The notes below the pieces were generated by a model. It made no database searches and was not told the origin of the DNA. It saw only the letters and a list, made by a program, of their open reading frames with translations. A program made the position numbers and the translations under genes. Source: a candidate division WOR-3 bacterium (GTDB taxonomy: Bacteria > SDB-A). From it: a DNA stretch of 64,000 nt. Below, one piece after another: positions 40,118-50,789 of this stretch (the first letter of the stretch is position 1; every line of letters begins with the position of its first letter). The stretch is from contig JAFGSQ010000037.1 of NCBI GenBank assembly GCA_016934535.1, positions 1 through 64,000 on the forward strand. The letters are read 5' to 3'.

Positions 40118-40939
40118 TTGATCCTGGTTTTTTCCTTTTTTCTTATAATTCTGGACTTCCAGGCAAGACACGTCGTACTATCGGTTGTTTCTCCGAATCC
40201 GGTTACGAAAGTCATGAAAATAGCTGCAGCTTTCAGAGAATACAAGCATCTGAGAGAAGAAAATGAAAAATTAAGAAAACAGCTCGCTTACATGGTCCTC
40301 AACAGGATTACATATGAAGAGCTGATAAGAGAGAACGAGAATCTGAACAAACTCCTGGGTTTCAGGCAATACAGTTCTTTCAGACTAATACCGGCGGAGA
40401 TAATTTCCCGGTCGGAGGATTATGCCAACTTTTCACTGACGATAGGAAAGGGGTACAGAGACGGCCTCTACAGAAATTCGGTTGTTATCGGTGTAAACGG
40501 CATTGTCGGAAAACTGATAAAAGTCATGTCGAACTATTCAATTGTCCAGACCTATTACGATCTCAATTTCAGGATAAGTGCGATGGATCTCAGATCGAAC
40601 CAGATAGGCATCGTCAGCTGGGACGGAAGAGGCAGAAACCTGACTTTTCAGGTCTCCGCGGATGTAGACATAGCCGAAGGAAGCAGAATAATATCTACGG
40701 GAATTGGAGGCATATATCCCAGGGGACTGGACATAGGAGTCGTCGGTCCCGGACCCTACGACAGGAGTACATTGTTTTTAAAAGTTCCGGTCATACCCTC
40801 TCAGAGTCTTTCCGCGATGGACAATGTCTTTGTCATATCAGGAGACCTTATTGAAAGCGACAGCCTTGAAATGTCTGATTTTCAGGGTGAATTGATTTTC
40901 GAGATATCGGACTGGCGGCTGAAGTTCACCGTCGATTAA
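40118..40939 (+). CDS. mreC: Rod shape-determining protein MreC (start may be upstream)
   Basis: TM, coiled coil (LREENEKLRKQL, RENENLNKLL), TIGKG..DG, STGIGGIYPRGL; follows mreB. Confidence 0.9.
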   Translation: MILVFSFFLIILDFQARHVVLSVVSPNPVTKVMKIAAAFREYKHLREENEKLRKQLAYMVLNRITYEELIRENENLNKLLGFRQYSSFRLIPAEIISRSEDYANFSLTIGKGYRDGLYRNSVVIGVNGIVGKLIKVMSNYSIVQTYYDLNFRISAMDLRSNQIGIVSWDGRGRNLTFQVSADVDIAEGSRIISTGIGGIYPRGLDIGVVGPGPYDRSTLFLKVPVIPSQSLSAMDNVFVISGDLIESDSLEMSDFQGELIFEISDWRLKFTVD

Positions 40940-40940
40940 T

Positions 40941-41528
40941 TCAGAATTTCCGGCAATCGTAAATTATACTCGTCCATTTTCCTCTTTCTTTAATTATCTC
41001 TTCTCTGCTGAAAATGAAATTGCTGTATTTCAACTTATTTTCAACTTTTGACGGAGAGTGATAAAAAGATTCGATTTTGAATTTTTTGTTGAAGACGTTG
41101 AGCGAAAGAGGTGTTTTTTGAGGTATAATGTTGAAAACGAAACGGCCGTTTTGTTTTAGTATCTCATAAACAGATGAAAATAATTCTTCCGGGTGTTCAA
41201 TATGAACCATGAGGAACGATGCGACAGCCAGGTCAAAACAGGCGTCTTTAAACGGGAGGCAGAGAGCGTCCGCGACCACCCGGAGATTTTTTGAACCGCT
41301 GTTTTTTTTAAGAATTTCTTTTGCCAGGTCCAGGCTTACTACAGTCAATGATCTTTTTTTCAACTCGGCGAATAATCTGCCGTCACCGGCGCCAATATCC
41401 AGTGTCAGAACCGATTTTTCAAGATGTTCGACGAATTCCGTTCTGTCGAACGAATCGAGATAGGCGTGGTGCTTAAAGTATTTTTCGCTGTAAAAGTTGT
41501 ACCCTGTTTTGGAATCCAGTGTTTTCAA
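40941..41528 (-). CDS. Class I SAM-dependent methyltransferase
   Basis: LDIGAGDG, VADALCLPFKDACFD; probable TTG start at 41528 overlapping the upstream TGA, so the longer 41852 ORF extension is spurious. Confidence 0.85.
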   Translation of the reverse strand: MKTLDSKTGYNFYSEKYFKHHAYLDSFDRTEFVEHLEKSVLTLDIGAGDGRLFAELKKRSLTVVSLDLAKEILKKNSGSKNLRVVADALCLPFKDACFDLAVASFLMVHIEHPEELFSSVYEILKQNGRFVFNIIPQKTPLSLNVFNKKFKIESFYHSPSKVENKLKYSNFIFSREEIIKERGKWTSIIYDCRKF

Positions 41529-42307
41529 CGCGTCCAGGAAATTATGTATGTTCCGGTGAGGATCTCGCTTTTCAGTTTCAAAGAGGCGAGAGGGGGAAAT
41601 CCCATTGAATCCGATATTTTTTCGAGAAGTGGATGATAATGAGCGGGAAGGCGTCTCAGGTTGTATGGTAGCTTGATTTTCTCGACACATCGCAGTACGG
41701 ATTGAAGGGTTTTTAAAGCCAAAGAAGGGTCTTCTTTCAGTCTGGAAAGTTTTTTTATGTCGATTCTGTCTTTTACAATTATTTTTTCTATGGAATATTC
41801 GTTTTTTTTCAGCATCAGGGTCTGCACGGCGCCCATTTTGTTTTTCGTGCATGACACGTCAAAAAAAACTGCAAGGTCGGGATATTCTGAAAGAGTGTAA
41901 TATTCTCGGAAATTATTTTTTAGCCAGTGAGATCTTTCGGGAAAGAACCCGAATGTTTTCACGGAAGGGCTCACAAGGTTTTTCAGCTCGGGAGTGATGT
42001 CTTCCATGTCGAACAGACGGCTACATCCACCCGAAGGTGTTTTTTCTTTTTCGAGCATTTTTCTTAACGGATCATCAGGTGAGAGAAGCGGCAGTACAGA
42101 GTTTTTTAAAAAAAGGACCAAGTCGGGATTTTTAGTTATCGAGTTTTTTGATGTGACATCAATATTTTCTTCTCTGACCTTTAAACGGGAAGCTTTTTCA
42201 TTGAGCGGAAGTTTCCTTGTGAGGAATTTTTCTTGTTCGTTCTCAAAATACCACGCAACGGGTTCCAGAAACGGGTATTTTGCGGTTAAAGTTCCGACGG
42301 ATTTCAC
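41525..42307 (-). CDS. Hypothetical protein (260 aa)
   Basis: Fills the gap, has its own promoter, coupled to the methyltransferase; no motif recognised. Confidence 0.75.
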   Translation of the reverse strand: MKSVGTLTAKYPFLEPVAWYFENEQEKFLTRKLPLNEKASRLKVREENIDVTSKNSITKNPDLVLFLKNSVLPLLSPDDPLRKMLEKEKTPSGGCSRLFDMEDITPELKNLVSPSVKTFGFFPERSHWLKNNFREYYTLSEYPDLAVFFDVSCTKNKMGAVQTLMLKKNEYSIEKIIVKDRIDIKKLSRLKEDPSLALKTLQSVLRCVEKIKLPYNLRRLPAHYHPLLEKISDSMGFPPLASLKLKSEILTGTYIISWTR

Positions 42308-42313
42308 CAGATA

Positions 42314-42382
42314 AATATATCAGATACGGAAATAAATGTTAACATTTATGATGTTGACTTTGAAGTTCATATATTGCACTCT
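42314..42382. promoter_or_regulatory. Divergent promoters with a perfect 18-bp palindrome
   Basis: ATAAATGTTAACATTTAT at 42332-42349; minus strand TTAACA-17-TATATT-6-GTG; plus strand TTGACT-17-CACTCT-6-ATG(42389). Confidence 0.65.
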
Positions 42383-42388
42383 TTCCTT

Positions 42389-44074
42389 ATGAAAGGTAAA
42401 ATCTACAGGTGGATCTTTCCCCCTGACGTCTCCGCCACTCAAGCGACCGGGATATCCAGTAAATTCAATGTTCATTCTGTCGTCGCGAAACTGCTTTTGC
42501 AGAAATCACTGAGCGAAGAGGATTTTGACAAATTTCTCAACCCCGATTACAAAAACATTTCTTCGCCTTTTGTTTTCGGCAGTATGGAAAAGGCTGTAGA
42601 CAGAGTACAAAAAGCAGTTCGAAAAGGCGAGAGGATTATAGTGTACGGAGATTACGACGCCGATGGTGTTTGCGCAACTGCAATGCTGACTAAAGTTTTG
42701 AATTCAGCCGGAGCGACCGCTATTCCATTCATACCCAACAGGCTCGAAGAAGGATACGGACTCTGCATTGACAACATAAAAAAAATGGACGAATTTTCGC
42801 TCATCATAACTGTTGATAACGGCGTGCGTTCGGTCGCAGAAGTTGAATTCATCAACGGGCAGGGAAAGGAAATTATAATCACCGATCATCATCCTCCTGG
42901 GCCAGACCTTCCGCGAGCTCTCGCAATCGTCAATCCTCATCTTGAAAACGAAATTACCCCGTTCGCCGGATGCGGAGTCGCTTTTCAATTGATAAGAGCG
43001 CTTGACGAAAAATTGGGTGACGTCGAACCCGAACAATTCCTTGACATCACTGCCATAGGAACTTACGCAGACATCGTTCCGCTTTCGGGAGACAACAGGA
43101 TTATTGTCAGAGAAGGTTTGAAAAAAATAGCCGGTCAAAACCACGCCGGTATCACCTCGCTTCTGCAAATAGCCGGAAGAAAACCCGAAGAGGCCGACGA
43201 GTACGATCTCGGGTTCGTTCTCGGTCCGAGGCTTAATTCAGCAGGAAGGAAAGGAGACGCGAGTGCGGCTCTCGAGATTCTTTCGATTTCAGAAGATTTC
43301 AAGGCGGCGTCCATGTTCGCCAGAGAACTCGAATCGTACAACGATTGGCGAAGAAATGAAATGGAAAGGATAGAGAACGAAGCTCAGGAGATGATAACGA
43401 AAACGGAATCTCTTCCTCCGGCGATAATTCTCGAAAACAGCAACTGGCACCTCGGCATATTGGGACTCGGAGCTTCGAGACTGAGCGAAAATTTCAACAA
43501 ACCCGCCATACTGCTGAAAAAAAACGGCGACATTCTCAAAGGTTCCGGAAGGAGCCCAGGCAAACAATTCGACATGATTAAGAACCTCGAGAAATGCTCG
43601 GAATTTCTTGAAACTTTCGGGGGGCATTCACAGGCGGTGGGAGTGACAATAAAAAGTGAGAATTTTGAAGTTTTCAGAGAACGCTTCTTTTCTCTGGTTT
43701 CAATCCAAAACGACGGATCAACTCCGGAAAAAACAATAGAAGTTTCCGGTGAGCACACACCTGCTTTTGACGATTTTCGCCTCTTTAATGACGTCTCAAG
43801 ACTTTCTCCTTTCGGTTATTGCAACGATAAACCTTTGTTCCTTGCCAGAGACGTGGCTTTTGCAGATGTTAAAGTTGTAGGCTCAAAGCATCTAAAAATG
43901 CTCCTCGTAACAAAAAGAGGCAAAATAGATTCCATAGGATTCGGCCTAGGACACCTGGCGGACGAAGTCAGGGGCAAGTGCGGAGATGTAATATACAGTC
44001 TCAGCCTCAACGTTTTTAACGGAAGGAAAAAAATTCAGGCAAACATCAAGGATCTCAGGACAGGGGAAGGATGA
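42389..44074 (+). CDS. recJ: ssDNA exonuclease RecJ
   Basis: YGDYDADG, ITVDNG, ITDHH, GPRLNSAGR, GSGRS, FGGH. Confidence 0.96.
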   Translation: MKGKIYRWIFPPDVSATQATGISSKFNVHSVVAKLLLQKSLSEEDFDKFLNPDYKNISSPFVFGSMEKAVDRVQKAVRKGERIIVYGDYDADGVCATAMLTKVLNSAGATAIPFIPNRLEEGYGLCIDNIKKMDEFSLIITVDNGVRSVAEVEFINGQGKEIIITDHHPPGPDLPRALAIVNPHLENEITPFAGCGVAFQLIRALDEKLGDVEPEQFLDITAIGTYADIVPLSGDNRIIVREGLKKIAGQNHAGITSLLQIAGRKPEEADEYDLGFVLGPRLNSAGRKGDASAALEILSISEDFKAASMFARELESYNDWRRNEMERIENEAQEMITKTESLPPAIILENSNWHLGILGLGASRLSENFNKPAILLKKNGDILKGSGRSPGKQFDMIKNLEKCSEFLETFGGHSQAVGVTIKSENFEVFRERFFSLVSIQNDGSTPEKTIEVSGEHTPAFDDFRLFNDVSRLSPFGYCNDKPLFLARDVAFADVKVVGSKHLKMLLVTKRGKIDSIGFGLGHLADEVRGKCGDVIYSLSLNVFNGRKKIQANIKDLRTGEG

Positions 44075-44715
44075 TAAACGCCGTTGAGATTGCCCGGCTG
44101 GATGGAGCTGTCTTCTTCACGGGCACGAGGCATTTTGTTTTTGAAGAAAAAAAGATTTCAAGTATAACCGGAGCCGAAGCTTTCGTTTTCCCTGTAAAAC
44201 AGGTTCATTCAAACAAGACGGCTGTTTTTCCCGGCGAGAAGCCTCTTGATTGCGACGGTATCATCACTGAACAAAGACGTATCGCGATAGGTGTAAAAAC
44301 AGCAGACTGTATGCCGGTGTCCCTATATGACCCGGTCAGGCATATCATCGCAATATTTCACTGCGGTTGGAGAGGGCTTCATGACGGCATACTTCAACTC
44401 GGACTTCAAAGAATGATTTCTCTGGGCGCTGAACCCGATAAAATGGTCTGTGTCATTCATCCTCACATTTGCTCAAAGTGCTACGAAGTTAAAGAAGACG
44501 TGTCCATGCTTTTTCCCGATAGTTCCGTCGTGAAATTAAAAGACGGACAGCGGCTTGACCTGTCCGGGTTTGCCGAAAGCATTTTGAGAGAAAGAGAAAT
44601 TGAAAAATTCATCGTTTCACGGCTCTGCACGCATCACAATCCAGGGATTTTTCATTCGTACAGAAGAGACAAAGAAAACGCCGGCAGGATATTTTCCTGG
44701 AGCATGATTGAATGA
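44071..44715 (+). CDS. pgeF: YfiH/PgeF family (polyphenol oxidase-like) protein
   Basis: QVHS, TADCMPV, HCGWRG, SYRRD. Confidence 0.9.
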   Translation: MINAVEIARLDGAVFFTGTRHFVFEEKKISSITGAEAFVFPVKQVHSNKTAVFPGEKPLDCDGIITEQRRIAIGVKTADCMPVSLYDPVRHIIAIFHCGWRGLHDGILQLGLQRMISLGAEPDKMVCVIHPHICSKCYEVKEDVSMLFPDSSVVKLKDGQRLDLSGFAESILREREIEKFIVSRLCTHHNPGIFHSYRRDKENAGRIFSWSMIE

Positions 44716-45989
44716 AGGGTGAATCCGATGTCTCCAGAGACATCAGCGAATTGTTAATACAACTTGAGAAGCAATCCGGAGCGGATAAGGACGACTATTC
44801 CGGAAAAAACAAAATTCAGCCGAAACTTTCCAACGAAGGCGTTTTAAAAAACGAGACCGAGTCCGACGTTAATTTTGTCGCAGAACATGACATTGTCTCA
44901 GAGGAGAAAGTTATAGATTCCGATATAAGTTCTGAGATTATTTGCATAGAAGAACTGCTCGAAAAATCTGACATCATTGAAGAAAACGGGCAAAGTGATG
45001 TCTTTCTCGAACTTCTCTGCGAAAATTCTGATAAAGAATCCGCCAAGGAAATATCTTTTAATCTGTTTGCCGGAAGACCCCACGACAGAATGATGAAGAG
45101 TTTGGCAAAGGAGAAAGAGAACGGAGAAAACTTCAATTCGGTTATTCTGGGCGGCTTTTTATCTTTCTGGATGGTCATGATAATTGTTTTTACTTTTATT
45201 CCTAACCCTCCCCTGAACCTGGGGCTCGAGTCTTACTACGAATGGAAAGTCAGAATGGCGGACGATGAGATGTTTGAAAGAATATTCAGAAAGAGAGCTG
45301 AAACGAACGGACTTCAAACGCCTTCAAATGTTCACACAGTCTCTTTTGCCGGATCAGGCGCTTCATCGTCAACTTCTGTAAACGGCTTTTCCGTCACACA
45401 GCCGCGGGTTCAGAGAGCGCTGAGAGTGATGACCGCCCCGACCGTTTATCAAGGCGGACTGTCTTCCGGAGATGCTACAATTCAGGATCTGCTTGCCGAC
45501 CCATCGTCGATCTCTCTTACAGGAGGGTCACCTTTATCACATTTGCCCATGGGCGGCGGCATGGTAATGAGGACTGTTGCATCAGACACTCAAGCCCTGA
45601 ATTTCCAGTCAACAGGAGGTGAATTGACGCACAGCACCAGAATCGAGCTGTCTTATCCTCCTACTCTCACCGGAGATCCCGCGACGATGTCACAGAGGTC
45701 CAGTGAATCCATCAGCAGAGTCGTCACAAGGCATTTTTCTGCGGTGAGTCATATTTTCAATTCATCGAGAGAGCTGAATCCGAGCCTCAGCGGAAAGGCG
45801 GTGGTATCGATAACGATAGCTTCAAACGGTGAAGTGCTCGAAGCGGCCATAGTTTCTTCAACTCTCGACGACGGCAATTTTGAAAGAAGACTGTTGGAAC
45901 TTGTCCGTAAATGGAGATTTCAGCCTCTCGAGGATTCTTCACTTGCTCCCGTTGTGGTTTCTGTTCCTTTCAATTTCATAGATTTTTGA
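44712..45989 (+). CDS. Single-TM protein with C-terminal TonB-C (AgmX/PglI-like) domain
   Basis: Acidic N-terminus, TM, S/T/G-rich linker, NPSLSGKAVVSITIASNGEV..AAIVSSTL..FERRLLELVRKWRF..VPFNF. Confidence 0.75.
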   Translation: MKGESDVSRDISELLIQLEKQSGADKDDYSGKNKIQPKLSNEGVLKNETESDVNFVAEHDIVSEEKVIDSDISSEIICIEELLEKSDIIEENGQSDVFLELLCENSDKESAKEISFNLFAGRPHDRMMKSLAKEKENGENFNSVILGGFLSFWMVMIIVFTFIPNPPLNLGLESYYEWKVRMADDEMFERIFRKRAETNGLQTPSNVHTVSFAGSGASSSTSVNGFSVTQPRVQRALRVMTAPTVYQGGLSSGDATIQDLLADPSSISLTGGSPLSHLPMGGGMVMRTVASDTQALNFQSTGGELTHSTRIELSYPPTLTGDPATMSQRSSESISRVVTRHFSAVSHIFNSSRELNPSLSGKAVVSITIASNGEVLEAAIVSSTLDDGNFERRLLELVRKWRFQPLEDSSLAPVVVSVPFNFIDF

Positions 45990-46028
45990 AGTCCAAACAT
46001 TTTTTTGACGCATGGAAGGAGAGACAAA

Positions 46029-46214
46029 ATGCCTTACGTCGAAGTACGGGTGGCCGGAGAGTTAAAAAACGAACAGAAAAAAATGATAGCAAACGGAATA
46101 GCAAAGCTTCTCGAAGAAGTTGCGGGTAAACCGCAAAACGCGACCTACGTAGTGTTTGACGAGGTCAAAAGGAGCAATTGGGCGGTGGGTTCAAAACTGC
46201 TGTCCGAGTCCTGA
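46029..46214 (+). CDS. 4-oxalocrotonate tautomerase family protein
   Basis: M-P start (catalytic Pro1), QKK.IA.GI...VVFDEV..NWAVG; SD AAGGAG. Confidence 0.92.
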   Translation: MPYVEVRVAGELKNEQKKMIANGIAKLLEEVAGKPQNATYVVFDEVKRSNWAVGSKLLSES

Positions 46215-46225
46215 AAGGTTTGGAT

Positions 46226-47650
46226 TCAGTAATCCACTTCAAGGACTTTAATGTATAATTTTCCCATTACCGTCATGATTCTCGCCTGTTCCGCGCTGTT
46301 ACCCCTCGAAATTGTCAGATGAGTAGCGTCGGCTGAATTCTGGCCGAAAGTGGGATCGACGGATATCCAGCCGTCAACGTAGGCTTCGCACCAGGCGTGA
46401 TAGTAAAATCCGTCGTTGTTGGCGTAAACCACACCGACTGCCAGTCTCGAAGGAATTCCGCTCGCTCTGAGCAAAGCGCAAAGCAGAGTGGAATGCTCGT
46501 TGCAGTCGCCCTTCATCGAATTGAGGATGTCTGCGGAAGATGGAACGGTGAAAGTCGGTTCTTTTATCAGATTGCGGAAGACCCACTGATTAAGCGCATA
46601 AAGTTTTTCTCTGGGAATCCGTATGCCCGAAGTTATTTCCGAAGCTTTTTCGATTATCTTGGTATCTTTAGACTGTATGAGAGGAGAAGGTTCCAGGTAA
46701 ACGAGAACAGAATCCGGAACAAAAGAACCTTCGGATAAATCCGTGTTTCTTATAATCTCTACGGTGTCGGCGTTTTGAATTTGATTGAAAGAAGATATAT
46801 CTGTGGAGAGACCCTCTGCAACTATTAAAAGCCTGGACACGGACGTCGGATTCTCGATGCGCGTGTCAGACCGGACCCTGAACTGTTTGTAAATATCGGG
46901 CGAAAGTCCGGCCGATGACATATTCTCGGCGACCTCTTTCGGTTCGGCTATCAGAAGCATCTGAAGGGCTGATATCTCCTGTTTGACGAACATGTTGTTT
47001 TCGTCGAGCCACAGTTCGACCGGTATGCCGAGAAGGTCAACCGTGTAATGACGAAGTTCTCCGAAATCGAAAGTCGTATCCAAACCTCTGTTTATTATGT
47101 TTATACTGACGACTTCCTGAGTGCTCGGTTCGAATATTTCCATCGTCACAACGCTGTCAGTTCCGAAAAATCTTATGGCTTCAACTATGTTCAAAGGGAG
47201 CCTTTCGGACGCGATTTTTCTCGACTCCTCGGAGTTGTCTGTGAAAGATTTAAATGACAAACTGTCATTGCTGTAGATGCCGCTCATAAGAAGATTCTGG
47301 TCATGTGATTTGATGTTGTAGAAGAAACTGTCTACAAATCCTTCACTCGATCCGAAGCTGATACCTTTGGTTGATATTTCCATGTTCTTGGATCCGGCAG
47401 TAAGCTGCATGAACATGAATTCTTTTTCCGAAATTGTGCCGTCCGGGAGCGTTTCGAGAGAATACACAGAGTACCCGACTTTGTTTCCACCTATGTACAA
47501 ACCGAGCCATTCGTCGCGTTCAGTGAAAGAAAAATCGAGTGCGTTCGTTATCGCCTCTGCCTGGGGATGTTGTATTTCAGGCTTTTCAGTACAGCCGGTC
47601 AAAAAAAACAATATTAAAAACGACAGAGCGAAGATCTTGGCGTTTTTCAT
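46226..47650 (-). CDS. Transglutaminase-like domain lipoprotein
   Basis: Lipobox FLTGC; triad GDCNEH / YHAW / VDPT. Confidence 0.85.
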   Translation of the reverse strand: MKNAKIFALSFLILFFLTGCTEKPEIQHPQAEAITNALDFSFTERDEWLGLYIGGNKVGYSVYSLETLPDGTISEKEFMFMQLTAGSKNMEISTKGISFGSSEGFVDSFFYNIKSHDQNLLMSGIYSNDSLSFKSFTDNSEESRKIASERLPLNIVEAIRFFGTDSVVTMEIFEPSTQEVVSINIINRGLDTTFDFGELRHYTVDLLGIPVELWLDENNMFVKQEISALQMLLIAEPKEVAENMSSAGLSPDIYKQFRVRSDTRIENPTSVSRLLIVAEGLSTDISSFNQIQNADTVEIIRNTDLSEGSFVPDSVLVYLEPSPLIQSKDTKIIEKASEITSGIRIPREKLYALNQWVFRNLIKEPTFTVPSSADILNSMKGDCNEHSTLLCALLRASGIPSRLAVGVVYANNDGFYYHAWCEAYVDGWISVDPTFGQNSADATHLTISRGNSAEQARIMTVMGKLYIKVLEVDY

Positions 47651-48921
47651 CTTTCCAGCCTTTGCTCGTAAAGAGGGAAGGCCGATGTGAGATCGACCAC
47701 TTCCGATTTGACGCTGGACAAAGCGCTTTCGTCATTGATGGCCGAAACAGCTTTGTCTATGAGAAGAGCTATTTTCTTCATTTCATTTGTTCCCATTCCC
47801 CTTGTAGTCACTGAAGGAGTTCCCAATCTCAGGCCGCTGGCGACGAAAGGTTTTTCAGGATCGAAAGGAATTGTGTTCTTGTTTGCAGTTATTCCGGCTT
47901 TATCCAGAGCTTCTTCGGCGGCCTTACCGGTAACGCCTTTGGATCGGAGGTCGACGAGCATCAGATGGGTGTCGGTGCCGTTTGTGACAAGCCTGAAGCC
48001 TTTTTGCTTCAGCGCTTCCGACAAAGCTTTTGCGTTTTCAACAATTTTGTGCTGATACTGCTTGAATTCGGGTTTCAGTGCTTCTCCGAACGCGACTGCT
48101 TTGGCGGCTATGATGTGTTCAAGAGGGCCTCCCTGAATTCCGGGGAAAACCCATCTGTTCACGTCGTTGTAATTGTCTTTTTTGCAGAGAATCAGTCCGC
48201 CTCTTGGTCCCCTGAGGGTTTTGTGCGTAGTAGAAGTCACCGCGTCTGCGTGAGGCACCGGAGAATTGTGAATTCCGGCGGCGACGAGTCCGGCTATGTG
48301 AGCCATGTCGACGACGAGTTTTGCCCCGACTTCGTCTGCAATTTCTTTGAATTTTGTGAAATCCAGCTCCCGTGGATAGGCGCTCGCTCCCGCGATTATC
48401 AGCTTCGGTTTCGATTCAGCGGCGAGTTTTTTCAGCGCTGAAAAGTCAATCTGTTCCGTTTTCGGGTCAACGGCATAATGAACCATGTTGAAGAATATTC
48501 CAGAAAAACTGATGGGATGTCCGTGTGTCAAATGTCCGCCGTGAGAAAGATCGAGCCCCATGACTACTGGTTTGGGGGCTCCTTCTGGCCATTCCTCGGG
48601 CTTGAGGAGGGCGAAATACGCCGCCATGTTTGCCTGGCTTCCTGAATGCGGCTGGACGTTGGCTCTTTCGGCTCCGAACAGCTCCTTAACTCTGTCCCGA
48701 GCTATTTTTTCGGCCACGTCGACAAATTCGCATCCGCCGTAATAGCGTTTTCCGGGGTAACCTTCGGCGTATTTATTTGTCATTACCGAACCCATCGCCT
48801 CAAGGACCGCTTCGCTGACAAAGTTCTCCGAAGCTATGAGTTCGAGATTGTCGGCTTGTCTGCGTGTTTCTCCCATGATCGCTTCGTATATTTCCGGATC
48901 CGTTATTTTTAAAGCGCTCAT
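47647..48921 (-). CDS. glyA: Serine hydroxymethyltransferase
   Basis: [33 protein letters not shown]. Confidence 0.97.
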   Translation of the reverse strand: MSALKITDPEIYEAIMGETRRQADNLELIASENFVSEAVLEAMGSVMTNKYAEGYPGKRYYGGCEFVDVAEKIARDRVKELFGAERANVQPHSGSQANMAAYFALLKPEEWPEGAPKPVVMGLDLSHGGHLTHGHPISFSGIFFNMVHYAVDPKTEQIDFSALKKLAAESKPKLIIAGASAYPRELDFTKFKEIADEVGAKLVVDMAHIAGLVAAGIHNSPVPHADAVTSTTHKTLRGPRGGLILCKKDNYNDVNRWVFPGIQGGPLEHIIAAKAVAFGEALKPEFKQYQHKIVENAKALSEALKQKGFRLVTNGTDTHLMLVDLRSKGVTGKAAEEALDKAGITANKNTIPFDPEKPFVASGLRLGTPSVTTRGMGTNEMKKIALLIDKAVSAINDESALSSVKSEVVDLTSAFPLYEQRLER

Positions 48922-48937
48922 TTGTTCCCCCCTGATT

Positions 48938-49369
48938 TTAGTTATTGTCTATTTGCTGAATTCTTTTTTGGTGCCGGCCGCCTTCGAATTTTTCGTTCAG
49001 CCAGGCGTCAACCCAGCTTATCGCGAGGTATTCGGTCGTCAGATCGGAGGCCAGAACGAGAACGTTTGCGTCGTTGTGGCGCCTGCTCGAGAGGATCTGT
49101 TCTTTTGACGTGCAAAGAGCCGCCCTGACTCCTTTTATCCTGTTTGCGGCTACGCTCATGCCTATGCCTGATCCGCATACGAGAATGCCGAAATCGGCTT
49201 TTTTTTCAGTCACTTTTAGTCCAACGGCTGAAGCGAAAACCGGGTAGTCGGCCGATTCAGGGGAATGAGACCCTTCGTCTGATACTTCGATGTCTTTTTC
49301 CGACAGGTAGCGCGTGAGAGTTTTTTTCAAAAGATAGCCTCTGTGATCACTGCCGATGGATATGGTCAT
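48938..49369 (-). CDS. rpiB: Ribose-5-phosphate isomerase B
   Basis: [29 protein letters not shown]. Confidence 0.95.
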   Translation of the reverse strand: MTISIGSDHRGYLLKKTLTRYLSEKDIEVSDEGSHSPESADYPVFASAVGLKVTEKKADFGILVCGSGIGMSVAANRIKGVRAALCTSKEQILSSRRHNDANVLVLASDLTTEYLAISWVDAWLNEKFEGGRHQKRIQQIDNN

Positions 49370-49475
49370 GATTCTTCCCCCGGTTGTTGCAAAAATATAC
49401 AATTAATACATATATCCTGAGCAGGTCAAGTTTTTTGTGGAATCGCCACAGCAGTTATTGTCACAAGGTCATTAT

Positions 49476-50789
49476 CTAAAACAGAATTTCCCGCAGAAAA
49501 CCGTTCCTCCATTGAATTATCGCTTCCATCGAGCGGGAAGACATGTAAGCCTGCTTTTCTTTTTTGTTTTTAAACCTCATTTCCGGCGCTTCGACGAGGG
49601 AATAATTCGCGGCACTGGGCTGAAAGTCACTTTTTTCTTCATGAACGTGCCTGAAAAGTCCTCCCATGAGAGTGTGCTCGGGTGGAGGAACAAATTGTAT
49701 GTTTTTTATCTTTGCGAGGACGCAGAACGCTGCAAGCATTCCTGATGCGGCGGATTCAGTGTAACCTTCAACCCCGCTCAACTGACCTGCAACAGCAGTC
49801 TTCAAGTTTTTAATGAACATGGTGTCTTTTTCTAAAATTTTCGGCGAATTGATGTATGTGTTTCTGTGTGCCTGACCGTATCTTATGAATTTTGCGCCGT
49901 TTAGTCCAGGTATGGACAAAAATATCTTTTTTTGTTCAGAATATTTGAGTCTTGTCTGGAAACCGACAATATTCCATCTTTTCATCTCTTTGTTCTCTCT
50001 TCTCAGCTGACAGACCGCGAACGGTTCCTTGCCGGTATGGGGATCTTTGAGTCCCCTGGGTTTCATAAGGCCGAATCTCAGCGTGTCGTAACCTCCCGCA
50101 GCTATTTCTTCAACGGGCATACATCCCTGGAAGAATACATTTTCGTCGTGATGAGATTCAGCCCTCTGTGCCAGGGCGAGTTCTCTAAGGAATTTTTCAT
50201 AGGTTTCAGTGTCGAAAGGGCAATTGAGATAATCATCTCCAAAACCGTACCTGCCCGCCATGTAGCAGATATCGAGGTCAATATGTTCCAGTTCCACAAT
50301 AGGCGACATCGCATCGGTGAAATAAAGAAAATCGTGTCCCGTCACATTCTTTATCCAACTGCATATATTTTCGGACGACAGGGGACCAGTGGCGATTATC
50401 CAGAGCCCTTCTGACGGCGACTTCACTTCTTCTCTGATGATTTTTATGTTGACGTTTTTTTCGATCGTTTCGTGAACTAGACGTGAAAAACCGTTTCTAT
50501 CTACAGTGAGCGCTTTCCCGCCGGGAACGGATGTTTTTTCGGCGCAGTCGATGACGAGAGAACCCAGAGACTTCATTTCGCTTTTAAGCAAACCGTGCGC
50601 GTTTGTCAGTTCGGTGCTTTTGAAAGAATTTGAACAGACGAGTTCGGCCAGGCAATCTGTTCTGTGTGCCCCCGTTTTCACCAGTGGTCTGGCTTCGTAA
50701 ATATTGACTTTAATGCCGGAATTCGTTAAGAGCTGTGCGGCCTCACAGCCGGCAAGGCCGCCCCCGGCGATGTTTACAGTTTCAGACAT
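49476..50789 (-). CDS. trmFO: FAD/folate-dependent tRNA m5U54 methyltransferase
   Basis: GGGLAGCEAA, AELVCSNS, VGFQTRL, HRNTYI, GVEGYTESAASG. Confidence 0.95.
   Translation of the reverse strand: MSETVNIAGGGLAGCEAAQLLTNSGIKVNIYEARPLVKTGAHRTDCLAELVCSNSFKSTELTNAHGLLKSEMKSLGSLVIDCAEKTSVPGGKALTVDRNGFSRLVHETIEKNVNIKIIREEVKSPSEGLWIIATGPLSSENICSWIKNVTGHDFLYFTDAMSPIVELEHIDLDICYMAGRYGFGDDYLNCPFDTETYEKFLRELALAQRAESHHDENVFFQGCMPVEEIAAGGYDTLRFGLMKPRGLKDPHTGKEPFAVCQLRRENKEMKRWNIVGFQTRLKYSEQKKIFLSIPGLNGAKFIRYGQAHRNTYINSPKILEKDTMFIKNLKTAVAGQLSGVEGYTESAASGMLAAFCVLAKIKNIQFVPPPEHTLMGGLFRHVHEEKSDFQPSAANYSLVEAPEMRFKNKKEKQAYMSSRSMEAIIQWRNGFLREILF

Noticed and set aside
41529..41852. N-terminal extension of the methyltransferase overlapping the upstream gene by over 300 nt
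   Set aside because: A TTGA coupled start at 41528 explains the domain; the extension is alternative-frame sequence
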